Shown here in pieces: positions 9,084 to 21,715 of a DNA stretch of 64,000 nt. The DNA comes from a bacterium (lineage in GTDB: Bacteria; SM23-31), in the NCBI GenBank assembly GCA_965249485.1, contig OZ252239.1, positions 1,760,001-1,824,000 on the forward strand, given 5' to 3'. A program made the position numbers and the translations under genes. Each line of letters starts with the position of its first letter. Positions within the stretch are counted from its first letter, which is position 1. The notes under the pieces are model-generated. The model worked only from the letters and a program-made list of their open reading frames with translations, searched no databases and had not been told where the DNA came from.

Positions 9084-10781
9084 CTACTTTTTTCCTGCCT
9101 GGTCTATTTTCGCCCAGGAGTCGCGTAGGGAAACGGTACGGTTGAAGATCAGTTTTTCAGGACGTGATTCGGTATCGACACAGAAGTACCCTTTCCGAAG
9201 GAATTGATATCTCGCCCCCGGTACTGCATCCGCTAAACTTGGTTCTACCCTGCAGTGTGTCAGGACTTCGAGAGAATTGGGATTGATGTGTGTTTTAAAA
9301 TCGACCTCTTTGTCTTCTTCGGGATTTTCTTTTTCGAATAGTCTGTCATATAACCGGATTTCAGCATTGAGCGAATGTGCCGCTGATACCCAGTGGAGCG
9401 TGCCTTTTACTCTCCGTCCGTCAGATGACCACCCGCCGCGTGTTTCGGGGTCATAGGTACAGCGGAGTTCGGTGATTTCACCTGTCTTTTCATCTTTTAT
9501 TACGTCAGTGCAGGTGACATAGTAGGCATTTTTGAGACGGACTTCCCGTCCCGGACCTAACCGAAAAAACTTCTTCGGCAGGTCTTCGCGAAAATCCTCA
9601 TGTTCAATATAGATTTCCCGTGAAAAGGGTATTTTACGTGTACCCATGCTTTCATCTTCGGGATTGTTTTCTCCTTCAAATTCTTCAACCTGACCTTCGG
9701 GGTAGTTTTCAATGACGACTTTCAGCGGGTCCAATACTGCCATCACACGCGGTGCCCGTATATTCATGTCTTCCCGAATACAGTACTCAAGGAGTGCAAT
9801 ATCAACGGTGCTGTTTGCTTTTGCAACACCAATACGGTCACAAAATTCGCGGATCGATTCCGGTGTATAGCCCCTCCGGCGCAAACCGCTGATCGTCGGC
9901 ATCCGGGGGTCGTCCCATCCGTTGACAATCTCCTGTTCGACAAGTTCAAGCAGTTTTCTTTTACTCAAAACCGAATAGGTAAGGTTCAGTCGGGCAAATT
10001 CGATCTGTTTCGGACGGTTTGCAGTTTGTAATTCATCGAGTATCCAGTCATAGATGGCTCGATTATTTTCAAACTCAAGGGTGCATAACGAGTGCGTTAC
10101 TCCTTCGATCGAGTCGGAAAGACAGTGTGTAAAGTCATACAGCGGATAGATACACCATGTACCGCCCGTACGGTGATGATCATGATATACTATGCGGTAC
10201 AACACCGGATCACGCATTACCAAATTAGGATGCACCATATCGATTTTTGCGCGGAGGACTTTTGATCCCGCTTCAAATGCACCATTGCGCATTTTTTCAA
10301 ATAGTTCGAGGTTCTCTTCGATCGTGCGATCCCGATACGGACTTTCTTTACCCGGTGTGGTTAATGTTCCCCGGTATTCCCTGATTTCATCTGCATTCAG
10401 ATCACAGACGAACGCTTTGCCGTCTTTGATAAGCTGTACGGCATAGTCGTATAATTTTTCAAAATAGTCGGATGCGAAGAATAAGCGGTCTTCCCAATCG
10501 AATCCTAACCAACGAACATCGGTTTGTATCGATTCGACATATTCATCGCTTTCTTTTTCGGGATTCGTGTCATCAAACCGGAGATTACATGTCCCGCCCT
10601 GAAACTCCGATGCGACACCAAAGTTAAGACATATGGATTTCGCATGACCAATATGTAAATATCCATTGGGTTCCGGAGGAAAACGGGTTGCTAACCGGCC
10701 GTCATTTATATTGTTTGCGAGGTCTTCGGTTATCCTTGCGCGGATAAAATCAATTGTCACTGCTGGTTCTGCTTTCGGCAT
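9084..10781 (-). CDS. glnS: Glutaminyl-tRNA synthetase
   Basis: [15 protein letters not shown] (HIGH), LSKRKL (KMSKS-like), [26 protein letters not shown]; full length and intact. Confidence 0.97.
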   Translation of the reverse strand: MPKAEPAVTIDFIRARITEDLANNINDGRLATRFPPEPNGYLHIGHAKSICLNFGVASEFQGGTCNLRFDDTNPEKESDEYVESIQTDVRWLGFDWEDRLFFASDYFEKLYDYAVQLIKDGKAFVCDLNADEIREYRGTLTTPGKESPYRDRTIEENLELFEKMRNGAFEAGSKVLRAKIDMVHPNLVMRDPVLYRIVYHDHHRTGGTWCIYPLYDFTHCLSDSIEGVTHSLCTLEFENNRAIYDWILDELQTANRPKQIEFARLNLTYSVLSKRKLLELVEQEIVNGWDDPRMPTISGLRRRGYTPESIREFCDRIGVAKANSTVDIALLEYCIREDMNIRAPRVMAVLDPLKVVIENYPEGQVEEFEGENNPEDESMGTRKIPFSREIYIEHEDFREDLPKKFFRLGPGREVRLKNAYYVTCTDVIKDEKTGEITELRCTYDPETRGGWSSDGRRVKGTLHWVSAAHSLNAEIRLYDRLFEKENPEEDKEVDFKTHINPNSLEVLTHCRVEPSLADAVPGARYQFLRKGYFCVDTESRPEKLIFNRTVSLRDSWAKIDQAGKK

Positions 10782-10919
10782 ATACTTTTAGTCCTTCATC
10801 CTGCCACATGTATAGCAAGTGTATGAGCTTTCATTTTGTGCAGCACAATATACCATTTTACATTATTAAAAGCACATTGTTTTTACAGCCAATTCTCTGT
10901 GAGAATAGAGGATTGTACC

Positions 10920-11203
10920 ATGCACGGCACTGATGGAGATCCCGGAAGTTTAACGGATGAGAGGTTGACCGGCAGCAAGGGATAGGTGTGGTAAAGCTGA
11001 TGAGGCGGTGAGGTCGAAGGAGGAATATGACCGGTTTATTAAGAGTTTAGCGATGTTTTGTAAAAAGCGGCAGCGCAGTTATCTGTTGAGACGGTATGAG
11101 TTTTTGAAGAGGAACAAGTATTACGATGAAGCCATTGCGTGTGTCGCTGACGAGACAAGGTGGAGCAGTGGATCGGTACGGCATGTTCTGGGGAGGAACC
11201 GGC
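10920..11203 (+). repeat. Diverged direct repeat, copy 2 of the Mor-like gene
   Basis: GATGAGGCGGTGAGGTCGAAGGAGGAATATGA...GCATGTTCTGGGGAGGAACCGG aligns with 8828-9031. Confidence 0.9.
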
Positions 11204-11337
11204 GAGATTGTTGTGTAATTGGATGTGGTTACTATTTCTTGATATGATAAAATATATATAGTTGACTCCTCTGGCTGAAGAATTTACAAACAATACTATT
11301 AGAAATTCTCACTCAATAGTTATCGAATCGTTTATTG

Positions 11338-11901
11338 TTACTTTAATTTTTCGGATAATAAAAGATTATCTAATTCAGTCTTAAATGTAATTTGACATTT
11401 TGGGCAGATTCCGTGAGTAATGACATATTGTTCAGGTATATATTCAAAAATTGTATCTAAAGCCTTCCAAGCGCTTTTACCTTGGGGAAACTGAAAATCC
11501 TTGCACCAGGAACACATTACTACCGCTTGCCCGGCATTTGAATTATAATCAACGGTAGTAAAATTAGTTGATGGTACTTCTTTTATAATTGTTGAACGGT
11601 ATAAGACCTTATCACGATCTGCTTCCAGCTCCATCTTCATATATCTGTTGACTTGAGGGCTATCACACCGATAGTTGAAAGAGATTTGCCTGCCTGAATT
11701 ATTCATTACAATATCGTGCATAGTTTCATATATGTGTTTTACCCTATTTCCCTGGATATACTTGAACAGGTTCTTCCCAATGATATTTTCTATATTGAGT
11801 GATTCACCTTCATTAGATTGAGCAAATTCATACCATGAATCGCCGATTTCGATTATTACACCTTCTGCATTCGTGCTATAACTTACAATATTATTATCCA
11901 T
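11338..11901 (-). CDS. PAS-like sensory protein with a C-terminal CxxC...HGICPxC Zn-binding motif
   Basis: G.IIEI..SW..FAQ.N...IIGKNLF; YRCDSP; MCSWCK; ITHGICPKC. Confidence 0.7.
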   Translation of the reverse strand: MDNNIVSYSTNAEGVIIEIGDSWYEFAQSNEGESLNIENIIGKNLFKYIQGNRVKHIYETMHDIVMNNSGRQISFNYRCDSPQVNRYMKMELEADRDKVLYRSTIIKEVPSTNFTTVDYNSNAGQAVVMCSWCKDFQFPQGKSAWKALDTIFEYIPEQYVITHGICPKCQITFKTELDNLLLSEKLK

Positions 11902-12074
11902 ATTCTTTGCCTAATTATGTAAAATCACGATTAGGAGCCACGTTAGTTACCATCATTAGCAGCGTTTACTATGATAACCTCCTTGCTATTAATGAGGATA
12001 AGAATTATGTAAAACTAAAAAATGAATTAACCAAGCATTTTTTTTGATAACTTTTCCAGTGTTGTTGATTTCTA

Positions 12075-12214
12075 TAGAAGCGCGAAGTCATGTTTTGAAA
12101 CGGCATGAATGTATGAAGAAGAACAGGTATTATGATGAGGCGATTGCGTGTGTTGCTGACGAGGCAGGGTGGAGTGCCGGAACGGTACGGCATATGCTGG
12201 GGAGGAATCGGTAA
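12075..12214 (+). repeat. Diverged direct repeat, copy 3 (3' part) of the Mor-like gene
   Basis: GCGAAGTCATGTTTTGAAACGG...GACGAGGCAGGGTGGAG...GGAATCGGT aligns with 8902-9032. Confidence 0.9.
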
Positions 12215-12568
12215 AGTTTTTTAATAATGCAAATTTGGGCTACGTTTTATTAGACTTTCATTGCTACCATTGACTGCTATACTCCAGACAGTTTCAAGGC
12301 CACGTTTGACTCTCACGAACGAACGCGTAAAAACAATCTCATCGTTGCCATAACCAGTCAGTATCTTCACTTTACCGTGTTTGATTTGAGAATTACTTTT
12401 AATAAGACTAGAATGTACTTATATATGCAACTTTACTGTGTAATAACCTTGTTTTATGCAAACCATTTATTACATTTATAATTAAATGAGACTTTAGATA
12501 CTTTGACAAGAATTGCTGAAAAATAAAATATAGTTTATTCTGAAAACTGAAATTTATTTTTAGGACAA

Positions 12569-12950
12569 TTTAGTGCAAAAAAAATACTAATTGTAGATGA
12601 TGATACCGGTGTTCTCGCATTATTAGGTGCGTTTTTCGATATACAGGGATTTATAGTGAGGACGGCAACACGTGGTAAGGAAGCATTAAAAATTTTAAAG
12701 AGTGAATCATTTAAAGTGATGATCCTTGACATTACTATGCCTGATATGAGTGGCATCGATGTGTGCAAAAAAATTAGAGAAGAAAAGTTAGATATATATA
12801 ATAGGTTTTTCCGGTTTAATGGAAACGTTCGATAGTGAAGAACTAAAGAAAATCGGATTTAATGCATGTTATAAAAAACCAGCTGAGTTATCCGCGGTCC
12901 TCGATGCTGTGAATACCGGTTTTGATAGTTTTGATAGCGGGCAGGAATAG
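12569..12950 (+). pseudogene. Single-domain response regulator pseudogene (paralog of 17466..17843)
   Basis: AKKILIVDDD..ATRGKEA..ILDITMPDMSGIDVCKKIREE; start codon lost (TTT where the paralog has ATG) and a frameshift near 12800. Confidence 0.85.
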
Positions 12951-13041
12951 ATGATGCATTGCGGCATAGCATTCGTGCGATGTTTCCTTATTGCCATAGT
13001 GCTTTAGAATGGTTTACTAAAAACATTCAACAGAATACATG

Positions 13042-13913
13042 TTACAATCGCACGCCTATTCCGAAGGTAAAATCCACACCGGTTAAATCAATAGAATTTT
13101 TCTCTGCATCCTGATTATCAAACTTTTGTAATCCTTGAGCATATCGGAATCGTAGACTGGATTCGATGAAGAATTGTTTGAATCGATTGAACCTGATACC
13201 AAAATATGCCTGGCCACCGTAATGTATTTCAGTATTTGATTTATTGCTTCCTCCTCTAAACCTGATAAAAGAACCTGGGATATTGTTGGTGCCATCTTTG
13301 ATCAAAATTTCTATCGGAATACCAATCATGGATCCCACAGGATTAAAATATAATCCCTCAAATGATCCTTGACTTTTAAAACTGTTAATTGCAAGTAATG
13401 GTCCTAATCCAAAAAAAGGTGAAATCAAACTATCATTCCCTTTAAAATAATGTTCGAAGGAAATTCCTATTGGTATAAATCTCACATTCCATTTCTCAAT
13501 ATCTTTCTGTATAGACATAATATTATAGTTATTTACACTTACATTATGCAGTGAAATGCTACTATACTCGATTCCAATAGCTATACTGTTTTTCCGGTTA
13601 ATGTTATATTTAAATTCAAATTTCTTCCTATTGTACCCTTTTTGTAAGAAATAATATCTTTCCCACTTGAATGAAATGGACCGCCAAGCTCAACAAAATC
13701 ACGAAAATTATTTCTTGATATATGAAATCGGCCTGTTTCATTGGTTAGAATTCTATCGTCAAAAAAATCGCTTAAACTATTAAGCGGCACGTAACCACCA
13801 CCTATACTAATAGAGAACTTTTTGTCCTGAGCAAAAACATTACCCATACTAAAGATTACCGCAAATACTATGCAAAAAGTGACTGACGGTTTGTGCAATT
13901 TCAAACTGTTCAT
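13042..13913 (-). pseudogene. Outer-membrane beta-barrel protein, frameshifted near 13600
   Basis: Signal peptide (..VFAQD) in 13581..13952, barrel strands and terminal 'DLTGVDFTFGIGVRL' in 13042..13518. Confidence 0.7.
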
Positions 13914-13982
13914 AGTCTCTCCTGTAACTATACGTGTTCTTACGACATACATACAACCGATTTTTGTTGCGGTTTTGGTTTT

Positions 13983-15431
13983 TCAATTCCTTATAGGGAT
14001 TGCAACAGAAACCTGGTGTGTAACCACGAAAGTATCCTCCAAACCCAGAGGACCACTGGGTGCCAGGACAAAGTCCCCTGCACCAAGTGATGAAATTAAA
14101 CCGGTAACGAAGTTAGTATTCTGCCGAGGAGATACAGTGGGTCTGCCCGTGCCCATAGTTATCAGACCTGTATAGCGGATAGGGAGATTCCTGAGATTCA
14201 GATTCAAGGACCAGCTGGCTGTCCATTCCAACCATCTTTCATTTTGTTTCCGCCGAAAATTCTCGACGTAGTCATACTGGTCAAGCTGATACCTGATTGA
14301 TCGAACCTGTATCCCAAGTTGATAACCGAAACGATTGCCTGCATCATGAATTCCAATCCGGAATAATTTGTTTGAAAACCGGAAGTCGTTTTCAATGGTC
14401 TTGCCTCCGATAGGGATATGCCCTCCACCGTTGGTTGTCACCGGTTCCGCAGCATCTGCCCAGGTATTACTCCATATTGGTTCGTAGACAAGATCCGCTC
14501 CAAACGTAACATTTTCATGCGTTTTGGAGAATCCGAAACCCAGGTTGTAGGCACTTGCGTCACCAGGGTCCCGTGGAATGTTCATGAGTTCGTAGTTAGG
14601 GATTTTTGGATACGATTTCCAGTTTCCCGTCATGATTCCGCCTAATCGCCAGCCACTATCCGATAGAGGCCGTACGTATCCGAAATGAAGTCCCACAGTA
14701 TTAGCACGGTCCAGATTATTTTCCACCCGTATAACCCGACTACCATCCACAATTCCATCATCATAGGTGACATCATGGTCCATGTTGAACCGATTAAGTA
14801 AGATAAGCACTTCGAAAGAATGACCTCTGTCTAACTCCCCGAGGAGCCCGATTCGAACATTAACCATTTCTCCGAACTGGTCAATTTTCTCGCTATTTGC
14901 GTATAAAAGGTCTACACCGTCTACAGCATTCAAACCTGCCCAAAATACACTTCCCGCGATAGAAATGTTAGAATCGGAGAGTTTCTTGCCGAGTATACCG
15001 GATGCATACATGTTATCTGAATATTTTCCACGTAGGAGTTGGGTATTATTAGTGTTATCCCCTTCGAGCTGCTGTATCGCCACGGAGAATCCGCCAAACA
15101 TATTTTCCGATGAGAAGAGTGTGCCGAGGGGTAAAGTTTTAGCGGACGCATTGTGTGATAATCTGTAGTAAACTGGTGAAGAGAACATAACGGTCTCCTT
15201 GATCCGCGTGCCTTTTGCCGGATTGATAAACGGATCGAGCAGAGGATCATCGATGGCAATTGAAACACTTCCCATACCTAAATTCTGTGAGGGAAAAACC
15301 AGAAACTGGTTGCCTGTCGCAATAGGTACTGTCTTGAGCGGAATGAGTTGTGCCTGTGTAATCTCAGGCAGAATAAGTATAAGAAACGATATGATAAGGG
15401 TACGATTGATACTACAAATCTGCTTTTTCAT
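13983..15431 (-). CDS. Secreted / outer-membrane beta-barrel hypothetical protein
   Basis: Signal peptide (TQA/Q), alternating beta-strand pattern. Confidence 0.7.
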   Translation of the reverse strand: MKKQICSINRTLIISFLILILPEITQAQLIPLKTVPIATGNQFLVFPSQNLGMGSVSIAIDDPLLDPFINPAKGTRIKETVMFSSPVYYRLSHNASAKTLPLGTLFSSENMFGGFSVAIQQLEGDNTNNTQLLRGKYSDNMYASGILGKKLSDSNISIAGSVFWAGLNAVDGVDLLYANSEKIDQFGEMVNVRIGLLGELDRGHSFEVLILLNRFNMDHDVTYDDGIVDGSRVIRVENNLDRANTVGLHFGYVRPLSDSGWRLGGIMTGNWKSYPKIPNYELMNIPRDPGDASAYNLGFGFSKTHENVTFGADLVYEPIWSNTWADAAEPVTTNGGGHIPIGGKTIENDFRFSNKLFRIGIHDAGNRFGYQLGIQVRSIRYQLDQYDYVENFRRKQNERWLEWTASWSLNLNLRNLPIRYTGLITMGTGRPTVSPRQNTNFVTGLISSLGAGDFVLAPSGPLGLEDTFVVTHQVSVAIPIRN

Positions 15432-15593
15432 TGCTCATCCTCCTACAATTTTGATATTTACATGAAGTAATAGACCGAATTGAAAATCGCATTGATTGTA
15501 CGGACATGCTGACTTCATGTTACACATATCCTATTTCTCAGGAATACATCATAGTCTGTTATTTATTCTTTGTCTGGTTTTCTTTAATGCGAT

Positions 15594-16337
15594 TTACCAT
15601 TTGCTGAGAGAAAACTTCAGGCCTGTGCCGATATCATAGCCGCTAAAATCGATTTGTACAAATTCTTTATCATTCAAAACTGTTCTAACATTGTTCAATA
15701 CCATTTGTATTGCATCTATATCTCTGTATCGTGCCTGAAAGACAATTGATAATCTATCTGTTATTCGCGTTTCGAAACCGAAATTCACATAGGTTCCATA
15801 GGTACTATCTTTATTTTTTGAGGATTGACTTTCTCTGCCTCTAGATTGCCTGTTTAATTCTTTGGATTTTACGATACCGATAACATAGGTCATTCCAAAA
15901 CCGATAAATGGAGTAAAATACCGGTTGAATGATGTGAATCGTCGTTCATATCCCAGCATCAACGGAATAGACTGAAAATCCCACCGATACTCATCTATAT
16001 TAGTAAGATATCCATGAGTTTCTTTTATTTTCGTAAATGTAGCCATGGAAGAAACAGTATTTACTCCAAATCTGACATCCTGATTTTCTGTAATTGAGTA
16101 GCCGATATCTATGGCAAAAAATCGGTTTCTATTAAATCTTTCTTTAGATTGCCCGTTATTATAATCAATGATATTGTGAGGCCAATCGTCATTTACGGAT
16201 AGATATGCCGTGCCAGCAGAAAGCCGGAGTGAAACCGGAGAATCTTGTGCATGCAGATATGATGGCAAAAAAACAGATATACCTAGTATAACTGTTATTG
16301 CGATTTGAAGCACCAGGATGGAAAAAAGTTTTCTCAT
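15594..16337 (-). CDS. Outer-membrane beta-barrel protein (small porin/OmpW-like fold)
   Basis: Signal peptide, IPLMLGYE, PFIGFGMTY, DFSGYDIGTGLKF. Confidence 0.75.
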   Translation of the reverse strand: MRKLFSILVLQIAITVILGISVFLPSYLHAQDSPVSLRLSAGTAYLSVNDDWPHNIIDYNNGQSKERFNRNRFFAIDIGYSITENQDVRFGVNTVSSMATFTKIKETHGYLTNIDEYRWDFQSIPLMLGYERRFTSFNRYFTPFIGFGMTYVIGIVKSKELNRQSRGRESQSSKNKDSTYGTYVNFGFETRITDRLSIVFQARYRDIDAIQMVLNNVRTVLNDKEFVQIDFSGYDIGTGLKFSLSKW

Positions 16338-16374
16338 TGGATTCTCTTACACCTATTCGAAACAATGTAATCGA

Positions 16375-17133
16375 TCACTCCTGAAAATATGGAGTGTTCC
16401 ACTGTATGCCCGCAATGAAAGAATACCCACTGAAATTATAACTTAAATTTGTTCTATTTTTCCCCGTTTTCCCCGGAATTGAGGAATTTGTGGTCACAGG
16501 ATCTATGTTTCTATAGTGTGCCTGTACCAGAAACGATACGCTACCTGAGATTTTTGTTAACAATCCGATTTTTGTATATATACCGTAGACATTATCACTG
16601 CGCAGATTTGTGGTTGTATCTACCCAGGGAGGTTCTCCTTCATATACGGATACGTAATCAATACTTTCAGATATGTCGCTCATAAGATAGGTCATGCCAA
16701 TTCCAGCTATGGGAGTAAATCGTTTCAAAAAGGAGGGAGTTCTGTATTCATAACCAAGGGATATGGGTACAATGTGAAATTTCCATACGCCATCAGCAGC
16801 TTTAGACGGATTACAGGGACCAATAAGACAAGAAGGAAAATCGAAATAATCCATAGAAGATTTCGTGGAGGTGTATGCAGATTCGAAAGAGAGAAAGTGG
16901 TTTTGTGTGAAAGCGAATAGTGCCTCAATACTATAAAGAGAGTTTGATCGTTGTTTTTTATAAGTATCCAGGTTTGGTTGACGAATATTATTATACGAAT
17001 TTAATCTCCATGGGATTTCAGACATTCCTGATGTTAATCGGAAGGACAATCGTGATGTCTGGGCGTAGAGAGACGAAGAGAGAAATATACCGATAATAAA
17101 GATGAGACTACTAAACATTCGAATTGATCGCAT
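16375..17133 (-). CDS. Outer-membrane beta-barrel protein, paralog of 15594..16337
   Basis: Shared motifs LSFRL.SG, VPISLGYE, PIAGIGMTY, QAHYRNID, NFSGY. Confidence 0.75.
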   Translation of the reverse strand: MRSIRMFSSLIFIIGIFLSSSLYAQTSRLSFRLTSGMSEIPWRLNSYNNIRQPNLDTYKKQRSNSLYSIEALFAFTQNHFLSFESAYTSTKSSMDYFDFPSCLIGPCNPSKAADGVWKFHIVPISLGYEYRTPSFLKRFTPIAGIGMTYLMSDISESIDYVSVYEGEPPWVDTTTNLRSDNVYGIYTKIGLLTKISGSVSFLVQAHYRNIDPVTTNSSIPGKTGKNRTNLSYNFSGYSFIAGIQWNTPYFQE

Positions 17134-17465
17134 GATGCTTGATTACTCCCGCTTATATAAATAGTTTGCAGGTAATGAATTATATTAGAGCAATAACTAT
17201 TCCAAAAGAAACTTTCATTTTTACAACATCCTAACTACTAAATAAACAATAGCTTACTGTTTACACCTTCACTATCATTATGAACAATAGTGCAATAATT
17301 TGCACTGCAAAAATTGTTAGTTTCAGATTGTTCTCCTTAATTTACAAAATAACTTGATTTTTATTCGAAAATTGCATTATTTACGCTATACCTTTCACAA
17401 AGGTTTATTCAATGATTTACTTATATTACTTGTATTGAAATCAATATTTATTAGGGTTTTAACAA

Positions 17466-17843
17466 ATGTGTGCAAAAAAGATACTTTTAGTTGATGATGA
17501 TGTTTTTGTTCTCGATGCTTTTTCTATATATCTTAAATCAAAGGGATATGATGTCAAGGTGACAACACGTGGCAAGGAGGCCTTTACAATAGTAAGGAAT
17601 GAACCATATAAGGTTGTCATTCTTGATATTAATATGCCCGATCTGAATGGTATCGATCTGTGCAAAATGATACGGAAAGAAAATCTCGATGTTTATATTA
17701 TTAGCTGTTCCGGAGCATCGGCGTATTATGATAAAGATGAATTAGAAAAAGTTGGCTTTGATGTTAATCTCGATAAACCGATGAGTTTTTCAGTACTTCA
17801 GCAAGCTGTGGATGAGGCTTTTAAAAGAGTTACAAGCTCGTAA
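17466..17843 (+). CDS. CheY-like single-domain response regulator
   Basis: ILLVDDD, ILDINMPDLNG, SG, DKP. Confidence 0.92.
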   Translation: MCAKKILLVDDDVFVLDAFSIYLKSKGYDVKVTTRGKEAFTIVRNEPYKVVILDINMPDLNGIDLCKMIRKENLDVYIISCSGASAYYDKDELEKVGFDVNLDKPMSFSVLQQAVDEAFKRVTSS

Positions 17844-17903
17844 CTATATGATGTTTCCCGGGTACTCTCTTCATGATCAATTGGCTGTACAGGACGGAAC
17901 TTC

Positions 17904-18117
17904 GAATCAGTTCCTGAGCAGACACGTGGTGCAGTCACAGTAAAAGGGGGGCGGACGTAGTGTGAGACACATGTCGGGGAGGGATAAGTAGTCGTACAGT
18001 ATATACAATGTGTAACAATAATATTTTGGATAGCAAAAAAGGGCAGCGCGTGAACCACCGCTGCCCTTTTTTCTTACGTCACAACAATTACTTAATCAGT
18101 AGTAGTTTCCGTGCCAT
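17904..18117 (+). repeat. ~215-bp direct repeat, copy 1 (contains a terminator and the end of a T9SS-tail gene)
   Basis: Aligns with 27859-28071 (TCAGTTCCTGA...AGACACAT...AATATTTTGGATAGCAAAAAAGGGCAGCGC). Confidence 0.9.
18035..18072. terminator. Bidirectional intrinsic terminator
   Basis: AAAAAAGGGCAGCG-loop-CGCTGCCCTTTTTT between convergent genes. Confidence 0.9.
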
Positions 18118-21100
18118 AGTAAAGTCGTTGATCTGGAGTTTGTAGATGTAGACACCGCCGGAGACGGGGATACCTCCGTTGTTAGTGGCATCCCAGATGA
18201 TGGTGTGTTCACCCGCTGTCTGAACAATATTCACGAGGGACTTCACTTCCTGACCAAGGACGTTGAAGATGGTCAGACGTGCAAGCCCGGCTTCCTTAAT
18301 GTGGTATTTGATCGTGGTTGTCGGGTTGAACGGGTTCGGGTAGTTCGGAAGGAGGTCGTACGTGCCGACGATACCGATTCCAGCAGCACCCGAATAGACG
18401 AACCGGAGTGCCGAGATGGCACCATTGATGATCAGTTCGTTCTGCTCAGCCATGTCAACGTCGCTGAAGAGCGAACCGCCGAGACCATCGGTCAGAAAGT
18501 AGATTCCGGCAGCAAGTTCGGTATTATCCCACCTGAGGACTGTTGATTGGTTATTCTCAGGGAGTGTCAACCTGATGAGCGTCTCGTAGGGATTAAACTC
18601 ATTCACATAGAGCTTGTCAGATCCGTTTGTGTTCTCGTAGGCAAACCGTGCGGAGAACTGCTGATACGGCGCCCGGGGGCGGCAACTCAAATTGTTCATT
18701 AATGGATTGGTCTCCGTCATTTCCGATGAGCAGTTCGATTTTCTCAGTACCATAGGAAGTACTAATATTAATTGGAATATGTTGCGCATTTGTAATAAAT
18801 GAATTATGCGGATTGTATCCCGATTGTTTTCCAGCACTACCGTTACTGAGTGTCAGAGATGCATCCGCATTCAATTTAGCCCAGTAACCAAGCCCCGGCA
18901 GCAATGAAACCGTTTCAAGGACATACTGTGAATTTTCGTATTTGTATATGGAAATAATACTATTCGAAGGATCCTGAACAATATCACCTAATGAAATGGT
19001 ATCGGAAATGGAACCGATCATATTCCACCTCATTTTCACAGATAGATCTAAGCTATCAACGCTTTCTACAGTACTCACCGTATTCAAAGCACTTGATAAA
19101 TCCACCCAGTAACCTATCCCTTCCGATAGTGTTGTCGAAGTACTAAATGACTGTGCAGTGGCATCATAGCTATATGCAGTCGAATCGGCAGGTGGAAAAT
19201 ATGCCACGACATTATTATTAACACTTGTCCCTGCAAGACTTACCAGATTCCAGCCTGCGCTATAATCCATAACCCACGTAGCGAATTGTGATGGACCAAT
19301 AATTATTTTGATGCCATCTACATTTGAATCGGTAATGGTGTGGTTTGTTTGAGAGCGCATATTGACACTTGTTCCAAAAAATGGTCCGGTCATTTCAATG
19401 AGCGTAAATTTCTGTCCTATATCCGGTATAGCATCCCAACTTACCGATACATTCACTGCACTATTGTCTCTCTGCAAACTAATATATTGTGTCAGAGTGT
19501 CGTAATCGCTGTTTTGAATATCTATGAGAGACCCATTTCCAAGGCTGTCATTCAACGCAAATCGTGTATCGAATACTGATCCCGAAAGAAGCGGAGGCAG
19601 TTCAACCTCGTTTAGCGTTGGATCAAACCCGATAGTCGCTGTCGGGTGAAAACCGAATTGCATATTTTTCGTAACTGAACCTTCTGTAAAATTTATATTG
19701 ACAAATACAGAAGATGTATCATTCGGTACTAATTGAATCGTGTTCAGTGTTGTCGTATCGTTGGGAGCTACATCGACACTTGCCGTATCAAACTGAGTAT
19801 AGTGTGTCTGCACAAATGAGAGCGAATAGGTGAGTGACGGATCGAGGTTGTGGAATGCAAATGTTCCGCTGCCGTCGGTTGAATCCTGAGCACTCGATGG
19901 CGAGAGATCGACCTGCACACCGTTCAGCGCCAGCCCGGTCAGCGAATCGGTCACCACACCGGTGATGGATGCGGGATACTGGGTATTTCCGACTTCCGCC
20001 GCGGTGAATGAGCTCGTTTCACCTGATAATGTAATTGCCCTGGTTTTGTAATAAATGGTTGTCCCTGTCGATAGGGATCCGTGCGTGAACGCCGTGGTGT
20101 CAGCTATCACCGTTAATGTGTCAAACGGACCTCCTACCGCTGAGGAAGTATCGATCTGTATCGATGCAATCGTATCACCTATAAATCCGCGGTTCACCAC
20201 TGTGTACGATGAGGTGTCATTCCCGGCGCTGATAGCCCGTAACCTGTAGTACCGTCCGGCGCCTGCCAGAACCGACTGTCCGCTCCAAGATACATCGATC
20301 TTATCGAGATAGGTGCTGTCGGTAGCGGTGAGACTTGTTGGAGCATTGATCGTATCCGGTGGTGCGGTCGAATCGTTAAACGATACTGCTGTTACGCCGG
20401 TTACAAGGCTGCCATAGCCTCCATCGCTATCGTCTGCCGACCGCTCAACATCATACGAATCAATGGTATCCCTGGTATATCCTCCGTTCACGAGTGATGT
20501 GTCCGAAGCAAGATCTTCATTAAATGCAACGACCTTATAGTATAAGGTGTCTCCATCTGTCATGGATGCAGCTGACCAGCTGAGCGCTATATGATTACCA
20601 AGAGTGTCGTCGGTAGCGGTGAGATTAGCAGGGTCATTGAGTGTGGGTTTGTCCGCGGCAGTGTCATCATAGGTCGTATCGGTATTTGAGGATGTCGAAG
20701 CAAGGTAAGAATAACTTCCGAGGGAATCAGACGTACTGAAAACCTGATAACTATCAGCATCTGCGACAACATTCCATGATACAGCAATTTTGTCATGATT
20801 ATCTCCATCGGTCGCCGTAACACCAGTCGGGGTAGACGGGGGCGATGCCGGGACAAGGTATTTTACTTCCAATCGGGGATGATTTGCAGCAGCAGCTTCG
20901 AAAGAGTACCAGTACACCATTTTCTTTTCATTTGTCGCAGGATTAAGATCATCAACCATTTTTATCATCATTCCGAAACTATCAGCTCCATCCGCCCACT
21001 CTTGTACTAAACCGGTGACATTAAACATTAATGTATCATTCATCAATAAACCTAGAGGAATATACCGATCCCCATAGCTTGTTGTCGAATCACGGTCTCC

Positions 21101-21547
21101 TCCCAGATGTGTCCAATCAACAGATGCAGTTGCTTCTACCCAGTTTGAAGGTGCTACAGTCCCAACTCCAGTTCCTTCAGTCCAATCCCTAACTATCCTG
21201 TTCACCTCTGCATCTCCTCCACTATATCCATTAGAAGCACTCCCTTGACCTTGGACAGTCATTATCAAATCTGCACTTACAATAGTTGCATTTAAGGGTA
21301 TTGTGTCCACTGAATTAAATTTAATCTCAGTCCGGTGGACAAATTGAAAAACACCACCTAAATCATATGAATATACTCCAGTTTCAGTATGCCCTCCATA
21401 GTTCTTTCCATTCGTGTGTAACCACGCGTCTATACCTGAATCATATGTTACCGACGTGGTATCTTGCCCGAGAGCACATGGAGCACTCATGAGCACCACT
21501 AATAGTACTGATATGGTGACACGTACATAACGATTTGAATATTTCAT
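18088..21547 (-). pseudogene. Large secreted surface protein (DNRLRE/CBM96-like N-terminus, FN3-like repeats, carboxypeptidase-regulatory-like domain, T9SS-type tail), frameshifted near 18675
   Basis: Signal peptide, PTGVTATDG repeats, ITGVVTDS.TG, LPNYPNPFNPTTTIKY...RKLLLIK; frame changes at a G-run. Confidence 0.75.
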
Positions 21548-21715
21548 GATTTCCTCCTCAATACATTAATGATTAATGGTTGGTTATAAAAATTACGTGG
21601 TAATCCTCTCTTCATTTCACCATACGCATTCTCCTTGTTGTTGTGAGATTGTGTGATGTTTTTCTCGTATTGCGCCACTGTTTGTCTCTTCCTTCCCATT
21701 GAGTTTGAACGAAAA

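Noticed and set aside
11905..12016. Two TTATGTAAAA motifs as further dif/pdif sites
   Set aside because: No XerC-like arm at 6-bp spacing
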